Shown here: positions 19,103 through 29,390 of the stretch, piece by piece
How positions within the stretch are numbered: position 1 is the first letter of the stretch
How the letters are laid out: the number at the start of each line of letters is the position of its first letter
DNA from: a virus
Taxonomy: Duplodnaviria > Caudoviricetes
Strand: one strand, 5' to 3'
DNA: 64,000 nucleotides
Virus record (IMG/VR): IMGVR_UViG_3300031993_000006
Span: 96,001-160,000 of that record
The notes under the pieces: model-generated
Told to the model about the DNA's origin: nothing
The model's database searches: none
Seen by the model: the letters and a program-made list of their open reading frames with translations, nothing else
Program-made: the position numbers and the translations under genes

Positions 19103-20833
19103 ATGGCGGGAATAAAAAAGGATGAATATACCATGGATGCGTCAGTAAAAGGGAATATGAGTGAATCTATTTTTGCTCTCGAAGATTCCAAGGACCTCTT
19201 TGAGGCCATCGGCGGCATGAACGATGACCAGAATTTTGGCAACAATGGCGGGCTTCCGCAACCGGACAATACGGAATATGGTGTCGATGACATGCTTACT
19301 GTTATTCCGGGAAGCACGGACCCGTATGCTGGACAGTCTGTTACGGCAAAGCAGGAACCGACCGCTGAACAGAAGCGTTTCGTTCTCGACAAGTTTGCCG
19401 AACAGATGGAAAAGAACCATTTGAACGAAGTCAACAAGGAAGCTATTGATACCTTGTCGCCTATCGTTCAGGATATGGCAGGCTCTTCTATCAATGTGAA
19501 CCAGTTCCTCAATGATTTGCAGGACCAGGCTTTCCAGCGCATTAGCGCACAGAATGTTTCTGAAGCTCAGCCGGGTGGCGCTGTTCCGGAAGACGACGGT
19601 TTGGCCGGTCAGGGCGATGTTGGCGCACAGCAGCCGGGTGCAATGGCTCCGGTGACTGACCCGACGGCTCTCGGTCCGGGCGCTCAGGAAGCTCCGGGTG
19701 GCATTCCGACGGAACCGTCCCTCGATGCCAATGTCGGTGACCCGAATGCTATGGGCGGGCCAGATGGTCTCGGTCTTGATGGCATTACGGATAATACTGA
19801 CCCTGCCGGTCTTGACAGCTTTGGCGCTGAACCGGGTGCTCCGGCAGGTGGTGACCTCGGTCTTGATGGCATTACGGATAATACTGACACTGCCGGTCTT
19901 GACGGCATTGGTGGTCAACCGGGCGCTCCGGCAGGTGGTGACCTCGGTCTTGATGGCATTACGGATAATACTGACACTGCCGGTCTTGACAGCATCGGTG
20001 GTGAACCGGGTGCCCCGGCAGGTGGAGACCTCGGTCTTGGAGGCCCCGGTGGTGGAAGCGCTCCTGCCGAAGGCGGCGATGTCGGTTCAGTTGAAGGTGG
20101 TGCAAGCGGCAAGGATGATGACATCCTCGGCGGCTCTAACCTCGACAAGATGAGTGATGACTCTTTTGGCGGCGATAGCGCAGATAAGAAGAGCGAAGAC
20201 AAGGGTCCGAGTACTTCCGAAGATGACGACGATGACGCCGCGTTCGAAGCTGAAATGGCTCAGAAGATGCCGATTCTTGAATCTCTCCGTGAAAAGTACA
20301 TGGACGATGTTGCTCAGGAACGCGCAAGCGCTGCTCTCTGTGAGTTCGTCCAGCGTCGGCAGATGGAGAAGAAGGCTAAGCTTGAAGCACAGTCAAAGGC
20401 TTTTGCTGCTGAACAGGTCAAGTTTGAAGCTGCTGCTGCTACGATGCGTAACGAACTTGGCAGCAAGGTTGGGAGTCTCATTGCTGAAGAGTCCAACAAG
20501 CGCGCCGAATCCATTTTGGAAAATGCTTCCCGTGCTTACGCAAATGCACAGAAGCGCAAGGCTGATGCCATGATGGTTCATCCGAAGCCGGTTCAGGTGG
20601 AAAGCGCAGCTATTCCTGATTCATTGAAGGCCCAGCTCGAATCCATCTCTAAGGATTACCACGCTACGGTCGCTCGCGAAAACAGCGCAAAGGCCGAAGC
20701 CGCCCGCGCAGCTGCTCCGGCTCCGAAGCTCGAATCTCAGCAGGTCGCCCCGAAGGCTGCTCCGAAAGCAATGACGGGCAAGCCGAAGACGATGCTTGAA
20801 TCCCAGCTCGCTGGAATCTTGGCCAGGCACTAA
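19103..20833 (+). CDS. acidic low-complexity protein, probable prohead core / internal head protein
   Basis: Late promoter; many (L/F)E(S/A) motifs; G/D/P-rich middle, helical C-terminus. Confidence 0.55.
   Translation: MAGIKKDEYTMDASVKGNMSESIFALEDSKDLFEAIGGMNDDQNFGNNGGLPQPDNTEYGVDDMLTVIPGSTDPYAGQSVTAKQEPTAEQKRFVLDKFAEQMEKNHLNEVNKEAIDTLSPIVQDMAGSSINVNQFLNDLQDQAFQRISAQNVSEAQPGGAVPEDDGLAGQGDVGAQQPGAMAPVTDPTALGPGAQEAPGGIPTEPSLDANVGDPNAMGGPDGLGLDGITDNTDPAGLDSFGAEPGAPAGGDLGLDGITDNTDTAGLDGIGGQPGAPAGGDLGLDGITDNTDTAGLDSIGGEPGAPAGGDLGLGGPGGGSAPAEGGDVGSVEGGASGKDDDILGGSNLDKMSDDSFGGDSADKKSEDKGPSTSEDDDDDAAFEAEMAQKMPILESLREKYMDDVAQERASAALCEFVQRRQMEKKAKLEAQSKAFAAEQVKFEAAAATMRNELGSKVGSLIAEESNKRAESILENASRAYANAQKRKADAMMVHPKPVQVESAAIPDSLKAQLESISKDYHATVARENSAKAEAARAAAPAPKLESQQVAPKAAPKAMTGKPKTMLESQLAGILARH
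19769..20038 (+). repeat. in-frame 87-bp (29-aa) tandem repeat, three copies plus a partial
   Basis: CTCGGTCTTG starts at 19769, 19856, 19943 and 20030; unit approximately LGLDGITDNTDTAGLDSIGGEPGAPAGGD. Confidence 0.95.
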
Positions 20834-20858
20834 TTAAGATTAACCTCCTATGTTGATA

Positions 20859-20887
20859 GAGGGAAGGTCGAAAGGCCTTCCCTTTTT
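20859..20887 (+). terminator. intrinsic terminator
   Basis: AGGGAAGGTC-gaaa-GGCCTTCCCT plus T tract. Confidence 0.85.
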
Positions 20888-20953
20888 CGTCGGTAATATA
20901 GTTTCTGGAGGGAAAACTGAATATAAACTCTGAAATAATAAGGAAGTTTGGCT

Positions 20954-23152
20954 ATGGGACATTTCGATGGCAGGCTCAAGGAAGCCATAACAAATGCTGT
21001 AGAAAAGGTAAAGGATAAGGTGTTTTACGAATGCCTTAAGGCTCATGGCTTTTATGATGTCGCCGACCCGGACAACGGATTGAAGGACTGGGAAAGGGCG
21101 AGTGTTCCTGACTATAATCAGAGCCGTATGACGGCCCTTGCGGAAGCTATAGCTGATATGTTTGCCAACATATTGGGAAACGATGAATACGGCATCTTGA
21201 CCGTTGCGATGGAAGGTATCGTGAACAAGTTGGACCTCCGTTCTTCCATGACGGCATCCGAAATGGATGTGGTTGGCGGTGCTGTTGGCGGCTTGACATT
21301 TGGAGCAAGTGAGGGCGCCCGTCAGTCGATATCTTCTGCGGTCGCTGCCGCGATGGGTGGCAACAAGTTTGACCCCGATGTGATACCTCCGATTTCCTTT
21401 GGTCTTAGCGGGCTTCCGTTTTCTCTTTCCAATATCTACAAGCCCGGGATGCTTTCTCCGAATTATGACTTCCTCTATGAATGGGAACCCGAGAAGCACG
21501 ATGGATTCTATGCGGTCGGAAACGAGTTGTATCTCGGTCCGGGAATCCCAATAGCGCTCGGGGGGACCGCGAAGATTTTGATTTTGCGTTCCGTGTTTGG
21601 TGTGCCTAATGTCGACAAGAAATGTCAGCCTGAAGGAGATATTGAGGGTGGGCTTACGCTTGAGCAGTTCGGCATCATCCAGAAGGTGATGGATATGAAT
21701 GCTAGCGAAGCGCTGGAACTCGATGAGGTCAAGGAGTTCAAGCTGAACGACAAGCAGATGCGGGCTTCTTATTATAGATACATCCATTTTATCCTTTGGG
21801 GTCCGCTCAGCAACCAGAACAACTGGGGCTACTTGCACTGGGGCGCGATTGTGAACAATGCCTGTCCTGAACCGGTGAAGACGGCGGTCGCATCTTACTT
21901 GCGTACCGAGGGTCTTGCTATTGACCCGAACATCAATCCGGAAGCGTTCGCGATTTGCCACTGCTTGAATGCGGGTATGGCATATCATATCGGTCGGGAT
22001 ACCCCGGTGACACTTGTCGGTCTGGACGGGCAGAAAGTGACTGCGTACAACAAGACTGAACGGCAGACCATTCCGTGTGTGAAGGGTGTCGCCGAGCAGT
22101 ATCCGGGCGTAAAGAAAGATTCGAAACTCGCTAATCTCCATTTCACTCTTATCGCCGATATTTTAGCTCACCTTACAAAGGGTTCTTCTGAGAACGACGA
22201 AGCGTTGCGCAAGCGCAGGGTGGCCGAGGCGAATCTCATCTATAATTATGTCGGACTACCAACGATTACCTACGGCGACCCGGTAGGTAAGTACAAGACC
22301 GAGTTGCTTGGGCGGGCTGCCGCGAAGCGCGGATTGGTTAGCCTGATGACTTCTAGGCTCTATGCCTACAAGAACGAGGTGGCTAACTTGGTTTCTGGCG
22401 CTGACATCAGGATTATTTATCAGAACAAGGATATTGACCCGAATAAGAACATCCTGCAGGAACGCACTAAGGATGTGCTCAAGTATGCCGGCGCTCTTGC
22501 TGGCGTGAAGACGATGCCGATTTCTTCCCTTTACCGTCCGCCCGAGAAACAGGGCGCTACTATGGCGGAGAACTGGCATTCGGGCAACCGTATTCATTAC
22601 GGCCCGGCAGGAACTCAGGTCAACAGTGTCTATGTGGATGACGCCCGTAAGCACCCGGGTAGCAAGCCGGGGTTTGTATCGGACGAGAGATTCCGGGCAG
22701 AGACGAAGGCCGCGATGGTGAAAAAGTGCAATGAATTGTGCGCGGCAGGGCAGGTCGTTTCTCGACACTGCTGGGATTATACTAAGGTACAGGCCGTCGA
22801 TATTTCGTCAAAGCAACTGAAGGTCGAATTCAAGTATTCCGAGGATACCCTTATCCGTCTTGGACAGGTGTTTCTGATGTTGAAACAGCAGGGCGTTCTC
22901 AAGAACTATATAGCTCCGGATGGACTGGGTTCCCCGGGAGCAAAGACGGGCGAACCGGCGTTCCACATCGAGGTGTGGACATCGGGAAGCGGAGCCGCAA
23001 TCAATTTGCCTCTCGCCAAGGAAGACCCGGCGGCAATGTCACCTACTGATGCCGACCAGGTTGCAGATATGGCCAATCCCAATTTCATGAGTATCCCTGC
23101 TCTGGATGCGGTTTTCACGAAGGATAGTGTAGCAAGGGGAAGGGAAGGATAA
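20954..23152 (+). CDS. putative virion peptidoglycan hydrolase: lysozyme-like region plus M15-type peptidase
   Basis: Late promoter 20923-20929; LRKRRVAEANLI (lysozyme-like C-terminal helix); SSLYRP..SRH..AVD..FHIE zinc-peptidase pattern. Confidence 0.55.
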   Translation: MGHFDGRLKEAITNAVEKVKDKVFYECLKAHGFYDVADPDNGLKDWERASVPDYNQSRMTALAEAIADMFANILGNDEYGILTVAMEGIVNKLDLRSSMTASEMDVVGGAVGGLTFGASEGARQSISSAVAAAMGGNKFDPDVIPPISFGLSGLPFSLSNIYKPGMLSPNYDFLYEWEPEKHDGFYAVGNELYLGPGIPIALGGTAKILILRSVFGVPNVDKKCQPEGDIEGGLTLEQFGIIQKVMDMNASEALELDEVKEFKLNDKQMRASYYRYIHFILWGPLSNQNNWGYLHWGAIVNNACPEPVKTAVASYLRTEGLAIDPNINPEAFAICHCLNAGMAYHIGRDTPVTLVGLDGQKVTAYNKTERQTIPCVKGVAEQYPGVKKDSKLANLHFTLIADILAHLTKGSSENDEALRKRRVAEANLIYNYVGLPTITYGDPVGKYKTELLGRAAAKRGLVSLMTSRLYAYKNEVANLVSGADIRIIYQNKDIDPNKNILQERTKDVLKYAGALAGVKTMPISSLYRPPEKQGATMAENWHSGNRIHYGPAGTQVNSVYVDDARKHPGSKPGFVSDERFRAETKAAMVKKCNELCAAGQVVSRHCWDYTKVQAVDISSKQLKVEFKYSEDTLIRLGQVFLMLKQQGVLKNYIAPDGLGSPGAKTGEPAFHIEVWTSGSGAAINLPLAKEDPAAMSPTDADQVADMANPNFMSIPALDAVFTKDSVARGREG

Positions 23153-23153
23153 T

Positions 23154-23891
23154 ATGGCTGAACTGTATCGCAAGAAAAAGGAACTTTTCGACAACATCGT
23201 GTATCAGGTACTCGTCAAGCGCCTTACCGAGCCGGTCCAGGAGACCGATGCGTTCGGTATGGGTCATGTCGACGAGGTTGGGAACGAGACCAATGACCAG
23301 GAGGATTGGTCTTATACCAAGCTGGATAAGCTCATTTTCGATATCCGTTCCCTTATTGGCAAGAATATCGGCTCCGTGGTTAAGGATTCGTTTGAAGGCG
23401 TCGACTTGATGAAGCTGATGAGTAAGCCGATTGTCAAGGATGAATACTTGAACAAGTTCGCGCCGGTTCTCAAGTTGGTTGAGGAAACCTCGTATCTTCC
23501 CGATGCATACCGCGGGCAGGTCGGCGGGCCGCAGAATGAAGTCGAAAGCGGTATGACGATGGAACAGCGAATTTCGTTCGCGCTTACCGTGGCGACTGCG
23601 ATAATGTCCAGTATGCTCAAGGACCGGATTGTTTCCGATAGCGAATTTGATGAAGAAGTTCTCTTGAAGACCGAGGGTACTTTCGGTGTGCGTTCCATCG
23701 GCGATTATAAGGAGGTAATCGGATACCTCCGTACGGCCGGCTTGTCCAACGGTAGGGAAATAACCAACGAGGGTTTGCGCTTGGCGGCCCGCTTGGCAAA
23801 GGTTTTCGTCGATAATGGGCTAGTCTCTAACCGAGGCGGTGGTATCAACAATCAGGGCGGAAGCTGGGTGGAGATATCGCATGTCGGTTAG
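23154..23891 (+). CDS. hypothetical protein upstream of the portal gene
   Basis: 245-aa ORF with phage-like codon usage, tightly packed in the operon. Confidence 0.7.
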   Translation: MAELYRKKKELFDNIVYQVLVKRLTEPVQETDAFGMGHVDEVGNETNDQEDWSYTKLDKLIFDIRSLIGKNIGSVVKDSFEGVDLMKLMSKPIVKDEYLNKFAPVLKLVEETSYLPDAYRGQVGGPQNEVESGMTMEQRISFALTVATAIMSSMLKDRIVSDSEFDEEVLLKTEGTFGVRSIGDYKEVIGYLRTAGLSNGREITNEGLRLAARLAKVFVDNGLVSNRGGGINNQGGSWVEISHVG

Positions 23892-24087
23892 AAGTTACAA
23901 TGGACAGCCGTTGTTTACGGTCGGGTTTGGCGATTTCGCTTCGGTAAGCGAGAGTGGGCTATTGAACAAACGCCTTCTTTCTCGAAATATCGAAAACCCT
24001 GAATTGAAGAAGTATTTCATAAACTCTCGGAAGCCATCGTTCGCCGTGGTATACGATGATGTAATAGTTTCTTATGGCGGAAGGTAA
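23881..24087 (+). CDS. small hypothetical protein
   Basis: ATG 23881 with GGAG SD; fills the gap before the portal gene. Confidence 0.6.
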   Translation: MSVRSYNGQPLFTVGFGDFASVSESGLLNKRLLSRNIENPELKKYFINSRKPSFAVVYDDVIVSYGGR

Positions 24088-24098
24088 GGTAGAGCATT

Positions 24099-25811
24099 AT
24101 GTTATGGCGACAGAACAAACACCCTGACACTGTAGGCGGACGGATTTTGACCCATCCGCGTAAGTATGGGATGGGCAATCCGAAGGGTGAATACTTTGAC
24201 CGTGCCTTTAACAGGCAGGAAACCGAGCGTCAGGTAGAGCTCGCGAGGAACTTGGTCGGGCAGGGCGTGAACCAGATGATGTTCCCCAACGGGATTTCCC
24301 CGGACGGGTACAGTTCGTTCACTCCGCTCGTAGGCATTTCGGACCGGAACTATGACCCGGATGCCGTGCATAATGCTATTGCAGAGAACCAGGCGAATCT
24401 TTACTGGAAGAAGAATGTCGAGCGCGCGCTGAAGTACAATACGGTCGCCGGGCGTTCCGAGGTGAACGAGAGCCTTATCCAGATTTGTAACGAGGCTGTG
24501 TACGAGGACGAGAACGACGAGATTTGCACACTGCAGATTTCAAAGGACGCCGATATTGGCGAGGCCACTCAGACTCGTATGCACCGTATGTTCCGCCGGA
24601 CTGTCTTGACGGAGTTTCTCAATTTCTATGACGACGGCGACAAGTATATGCACTACCTGTTGGTGCATGGCCGTATCTTCTTTGAAGTTTCCTATGACGA
24701 GAATACGGGCAGCATCAAGGGTGTCCAGATGTTGCCCGAAGAGAATATGATTGTGGTCGTGCAGGATAACCTCATTATCGGTTACCGGCAGATGCTTACG
24801 GGTGCTATCAGTATGCACACGGGCGGCAAGAACTATATCGATTACTCGCCGAATCAGATACTTTATTCTTCCCTTGGTATGAACGGTCCGGGTGGTATCA
24901 ACGACCCGCGTAGTATCCTAGAACCTGCGATTAAGCCGTATAACCAGTTGAACACTATTGAAGACAGCGTGGTTATGTACCGAATCCTCTGGGGTTCGGA
25001 GAAACTTGTCCTCAAGGTCGATACTTCCGGTATGCCCAAGGACAAGGCCGAGAAGTTCATGAAGGACCAGGCAAAGGTGTTCAGCCGCAAGATTGACTAT
25101 AACTCTATGACGGGCGAGGTGACGAACTTCGGCAAGGTTATCGGGTTGTCGGAACACTTCATCATCGGTCTTTCTCAGGGTCGTACGGGTTCATCTCTCG
25201 AAAGGATGGCCGGTGGCGACCAGCTTGGGAACATCGATGACCTCAAGTTCTTCAAGAGGAATCTTGTAAACTCCCTTATGGTGCCGCCGGGAAGAATTAC
25301 TTGCCTTGCTGGCGACAGCCAGACTTACTCTCAGGGTAAGATTGGCGAGGTTACCGTGGCGGAAATCTCGTTCGCACGATTGATTCAGAAGTATCAGCGC
25401 CCGATGCGCGCTATCTTGCTCAAGCTGTTCTTGATGGTTCTCGATACGGACCGGAAGATTGCCGACAGGTACAAGTTGCCAATCAATTTCCGCATCAAGT
25501 TCAAGCGAGCAAACGGCTTCAACGACTTCATTGGTGCCGAAGTGTGGAATACCCGTCTCGGTATCTTCACGCAGATGATGCAGCACACGAGGTCCAAGGA
25601 GAATCCGAACGGTGTGCTCGCCAAGGAATTTGCTCTCCGTCGTGGGCTTGGCCTCAACGATGCCGACTACTTGGAGAACAAGGAATATCTCCGCCGTGAA
25701 AAGGCCGAGGAGATGGGCGAAGGCAACGAAGGCGGCGAAGGTGGCGGCGATGCCGTTGCCGGTGGTGGCGGCATGGGCGGCGGCATGGGCGGTGGATTCC
25801 CTCCGATGTAA
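24099..25811 (+). CDS. gp20: portal protein, T4 gp20-like
   Basis: SILEPAIKPYNQLNTIEDSVVMYRI, VDTSGMPKDKAE, GNIDDLKFF, EISFARLI. Confidence 0.95.
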   Translation: MLWRQNKHPDTVGGRILTHPRKYGMGNPKGEYFDRAFNRQETERQVELARNLVGQGVNQMMFPNGISPDGYSSFTPLVGISDRNYDPDAVHNAIAENQANLYWKKNVERALKYNTVAGRSEVNESLIQICNEAVYEDENDEICTLQISKDADIGEATQTRMHRMFRRTVLTEFLNFYDDGDKYMHYLLVHGRIFFEVSYDENTGSIKGVQMLPEENMIVVVQDNLIIGYRQMLTGAISMHTGGKNYIDYSPNQILYSSLGMNGPGGINDPRSILEPAIKPYNQLNTIEDSVVMYRILWGSEKLVLKVDTSGMPKDKAEKFMKDQAKVFSRKIDYNSMTGEVTNFGKVIGLSEHFIIGLSQGRTGSSLERMAGGDQLGNIDDLKFFKRNLVNSLMVPPGRITCLAGDSQTYSQGKIGEVTVAEISFARLIQKYQRPMRAILLKLFLMVLDTDRKIADRYKLPINFRIKFKRANGFNDFIGAEVWNTRLGIFTQMMQHTRSKENPNGVLAKEFALRRGLGLNDADYLENKEYLRREKAEEMGEGNEGGEGGGDAVAGGGGMGGGMGGGFPPM

Positions 25812-25827
25812 CCGACTGGAAATATTG

Positions 25828-25853
25828 AAGGCTCCCGGGTTCGGGAGCCTTTC
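25828..25853 (+). terminator. intrinsic terminator
   Basis: AAGGCTCCCG-ggtt-CGGGAGCCTT. Confidence 0.75.
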
Positions 25854-26060
25854 TTGTACGGAAAATGGGCTGAAATCACCGTGAATGTTGTTGATTTTGG
25901 GTTAAAATCAATTTCAATGCACGTTTTTGCGTTTTTTAAAAACAGCTTTTCAACAGTCTATAAACAATATGTCAGAAGTCTAAGAGAGTTTGAGTCTCTC
26001 CCTGGCGGTAGGGTTACCGTACAGGTCAGACGGTAAACCCTATTTCAAAGGAATAAGAAA

Positions 26061-27548
26061 ATGACACCTAACCAGTCTACATCTTATACCCGCAAATGGT
26101 CTGCTGTTCTTAACAGCAACTTGGGTCGTAAGATTAATACTCGGACCGAGGCTTCTGTTCTTGCTACCTTGATGGAAACGCAGAACAAGCTCAACCACGG
26201 TCAGTTGTTCGAATCCGCCAATGTCAGCTCTGATGTTGCCCAATATCAGCAGTATGCATTGCCGCTCATTCGCCGGCAATTCCCTGAATTGTTGGCTATG
26301 AATACCGTTGCCGTTATCCCAACGACAACTCCACATGGGATTTATTTTGCGTTGCGTTATCTTTATGATAACGAACCGCTTAAATCCACAGCATTCCGCT
26401 TCGGCCAGAAGCAGGAAATTGGGTATGATTTGGTCGCAGACCATACCGGTTTCGCTACGACTTTCAATCCGTGGCGTACTGCCGCTGGTGAAATGTTGAG
26501 TAACTTCTCTGAAGGTACTCAGGAACGCACCGGTCTCGCTTACCCGTACGGTTCTTCTTACGGTCAGCTCTACAACAACTTTGGCGGCGACACGATGGAT
26601 GGCTCTGATGAACTCGGTGCTTATGCATACAACATCAAGAAGGCCAGCATCAAGGTGATTTCCGGCGCTATCCGCGTTGGTACTCGCGCTATCAAGAGCC
26701 ATTACACGCTCGAACTCCAGCAGGATATGGCTGCTGCTCACGGTCAGGACGTTGAAGCTCTCTTGCTTGAAGGTCTCCAGTTCGAAATCCAGCAGGAAAT
26801 CGACCGTGAAATCCTCATGGCTATGGTGATGGTCGCTCAGAACGAAAAGCTCGGCGGTGAACGCGTTATCACTGTTGACCTTTCCAAGACTGAATCCGGT
26901 CCGGCTAAGGGTCGTTGGTCTGCTGAAAGCATCGCTTCCGGCATCGTCAACACGCTTATCGCTGTGTCCCGTAAGATTTCCTTGACAACCCGTATGGGTT
27001 GCGGTAACTTCGCGATTGTGTCTCCGGATGTCGCTGCTGCTATCGCTACTGTCAACACCGGTATCTACAACCCGGGTGGCTACCTCGGCACGAATGTCGA
27101 CTTCCAGCCGGCCGGCGGTGTCGCTGACGCTGGTACGCTCCTCAACGGTCAGATTAAGCTCTACCAGGATATCTACGCAAATGCCTCCTACGCTCTCGTG
27201 GGCTTCAAGGGTGGCCGCCAAGGTGAATCAGGCATCATCTTCATGCCTTACATCCCTTATATTTTCACGAAGACTGCGGGGCAGGAAGATGGTTCTCCGC
27301 GCCTCATCGTCAAGAGCCGCTACGCTATCGTGGCTAACCTCTTGGGTGCCGGCCAGTTCTACCGTCTCGTCCAGTTCCTCAACGTCAACAACCTCATTAC
27401 GGGTATCGACCTCAACGAAACTCCGTGGCAGAGCAATGGCTCCTTCAGTGGCGACAGCCTTGAACCGGGTCTTGAATATGTTGTTGACCAGAACGACCCG
27501 ATGGTCAATGCTCCGGGTGGCTTGAGCTTCGAAAACAAGCGCTGGTAA
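26061..27548 (+). CDS. gp23: major capsid protein, T4 gp23-like
   Basis: LIRRQFP, FALRYLY, YTLELQQDMAAAHGQD, EIDREI, GIIFMPYIP, KSRY; ATAAACA at 25960. Confidence 0.96.
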   Translation: MTPNQSTSYTRKWSAVLNSNLGRKINTRTEASVLATLMETQNKLNHGQLFESANVSSDVAQYQQYALPLIRRQFPELLAMNTVAVIPTTTPHGIYFALRYLYDNEPLKSTAFRFGQKQEIGYDLVADHTGFATTFNPWRTAAGEMLSNFSEGTQERTGLAYPYGSSYGQLYNNFGGDTMDGSDELGAYAYNIKKASIKVISGAIRVGTRAIKSHYTLELQQDMAAAHGQDVEALLLEGLQFEIQQEIDREILMAMVMVAQNEKLGGERVITVDLSKTESGPAKGRWSAESIASGIVNTLIAVSRKISLTTRMGCGNFAIVSPDVAAAIATVNTGIYNPGGYLGTNVDFQPAGGVADAGTLLNGQIKLYQDIYANASYALVGFKGGRQGESGIIFMPYIPYIFTKTAGQEDGSPRLIVKSRYAIVANLLGAGQFYRLVQFLNVNNLITGIDLNETPWQSNGSFSGDSLEPGLEYVVDQNDPMVNAPGGLSFENKRW

Positions 27549-27582
27549 TCAATCCAGTCTTGAAATAGAAGACCTATTAACG

Positions 27583-27615
27583 CAAGGTGCAGAGAAATCT
27601 GCACCTTGTTTTTTA
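27583..27615 (+). terminator. intrinsic terminator after gp23
   Basis: AAGGTGCAGA-gaaa-TCTGCACCTT plus T tract. Confidence 0.88.
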
Positions 27616-27781
27616 TTTATGACCGCTGACCTGCTATCTTTGTGAATATTATACCACAATATACTAATATATTCTGGCCTGCTATTTTGGTAAGGATGTC
27701 TATATAATTGAAAAATATTTATTTTTCTATTGACTTTTTGATTTACACATACTATATTTGTAAAAAAAAGGAAGTTAAATT

Positions 27782-29389
27782 ATGAAATGTTTAATATGTG
27801 AATCTAACGGAAAAAACGTTGAATACGAAAAAACAAGTTCATTGGGTACCCATTTGTGGAAAACGCATAATATGAAACCGAAAGAATATTATGATAAGTA
27901 TCTTGCAGGTCCAAATGACGGAAAATGCGCTGAATGCGGGAAACCTACATTGTTTAGAACTATTGGGCAGGGATATTTGGAATTTTGTTCTAAACGTTGT
28001 TCCGCCAAGCATATTGCATCTGATTCTGATAGAAATGCACACAAAATTGCTGCATACAATAATACAATGCGGGAACAATATAATGTAGATAATTGCGCTC
28101 AATTGGTAGAAGTAAAGGAAAAACGGAAGAATACCATGCTTGAGCGTTACGATGTCGAATATTATTCGCAGACGACTGAATTCGTTGATAAGTATCACCG
28201 AACTAACATGGAGCGAAGGGGGGTGCCGAGTGTACTGTCGTTGCCCGAGGTTCGTGCAAAACTGCGTGAAGCTAACATGAAAACTCTTGGGGTTCCTTAT
28301 CGGTTTTGCACTAGCAAGGCAGCCGCAATTAAGGTATATACTGAATTTCTTGGAAATAAAAACTGTGATTTGGTTGAGTTCAAGGATAAGAAACACATCG
28401 TTTATCGTTGCCGTAAGTGTGGGTTTGTAAATACTGAACAGGATTTGTTCCTTAAGGTGAGGGATGGCGCAAACGTCCCTATATGTACCAGATGTTTCCC
28501 GAAAAGTTCACCTGTTTCTGGCGAAGAATCTGAGGTGAGTCGATTTATTGAGTCACTCGGGTTTAACGTACAGCACTATGACCGGGATTTTTTGGACAAG
28601 TATGGTGCTGATATGGTTATCGAAGATAGAAAATTGATTATTGAATTTGACGGTATTCGCTGGCATAATGAGATGTATAGGCCTGATGATTATCATGTCA
28701 CCAAAAGTGATATTGCTGAACGGATGGGCTATCGGATGATTCATTTATTTTCCGATGAATGGGAGGAAAAACGTTCTATTGTGGAAAGCCGATTAAGGTA
28801 TGCACTAGGCATTGCGGGTTTGCCGGTTAATGCGCGTAAATGCACTGTTAGTGTAATCACAGCGGATGAAGCCAAACGGTTCAATGAAGCGTATCACATA
28901 CAGGGTGATGCAGTTTCGTCGGTTCGCTACGGATTATATAAGGATGGCGAATTGGTTGCTGTTATGACTTTTGGCAAGGCTAGGTTTATGCTGGATTCAT
29001 GGGAGCTAATTCGTTATTGTGTGAAGCCTGGATATTCTGTTAGGGGAGGAGCCGGTAGGTTGTTCAGACATTTCATTGACGATGTTCACCCGACTGCCGT
29101 CGTGACGTATGCCGACCGAAGGTGGTCTAATGGACATGGCTTCTATGAAAAGATTGGATTTAAATATGACGGTATTACGGCTCCCGGGTATACCTATGTG
29201 GTGGGGAACCATCGGGAAAGCCGAATGACATATCAGCGTCATAAGATGGTTGGCGATGATGTTGTCGAGGGGAAGAGCGAACATGAAATCATGTATGGTA
29301 GGGGAATATATCGAATATACGATTGTGGAAACTATAGATATTACTGGATGAATGGAAACAACAATATCTTAAATAATAAGGAAATGTAA
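27782..29389 (+). CDS. Hef-like putative homing endonuclease (zinc fingers, Vsr/DUF559-like nuclease, GNAT/Mom-like C-terminal domain)
   Basis: CxxC..HxxxxH, ERYxV repeats, GADMVI..IEFDGIRWH, ELIRYC..TYADRRWS..YEKIGF. Confidence 0.75.
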   Translation: MKCLICESNGKNVEYEKTSSLGTHLWKTHNMKPKEYYDKYLAGPNDGKCAECGKPTLFRTIGQGYLEFCSKRCSAKHIASDSDRNAHKIAAYNNTMREQYNVDNCAQLVEVKEKRKNTMLERYDVEYYSQTTEFVDKYHRTNMERRGVPSVLSLPEVRAKLREANMKTLGVPYRFCTSKAAAIKVYTEFLGNKNCDLVEFKDKKHIVYRCRKCGFVNTEQDLFLKVRDGANVPICTRCFPKSSPVSGEESEVSRFIESLGFNVQHYDRDFLDKYGADMVIEDRKLIIEFDGIRWHNEMYRPDDYHVTKSDIAERMGYRMIHLFSDEWEEKRSIVESRLRYALGIAGLPVNARKCTVSVITADEAKRFNEAYHIQGDAVSSVRYGLYKDGELVAVMTFGKARFMLDSWELIRYCVKPGYSVRGGAGRLFRHFIDDVHPTAVVTYADRRWSNGHGFYEKIGFKYDGITAPGYTYVVGNHRESRMTYQRHKMVGDDVVEGKSEHEIMYGRGIYRIYDCGNYRYYWMNGNNNILNNKEM

Positions 29390-29390
29390 A

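Noticed and set aside
19769-20038. 87-bp repeats as a CRISPR array near tnpB
   Set aside because: There are no unique spacers, the period is a multiple of 3, and the repeats are in frame within a protein.
27616-27780. TGACCTGCT and CCTGCTAT short matches as a further element copy
   Set aside because: Only 8-9 nt matches without scaffold; compatible with chance.
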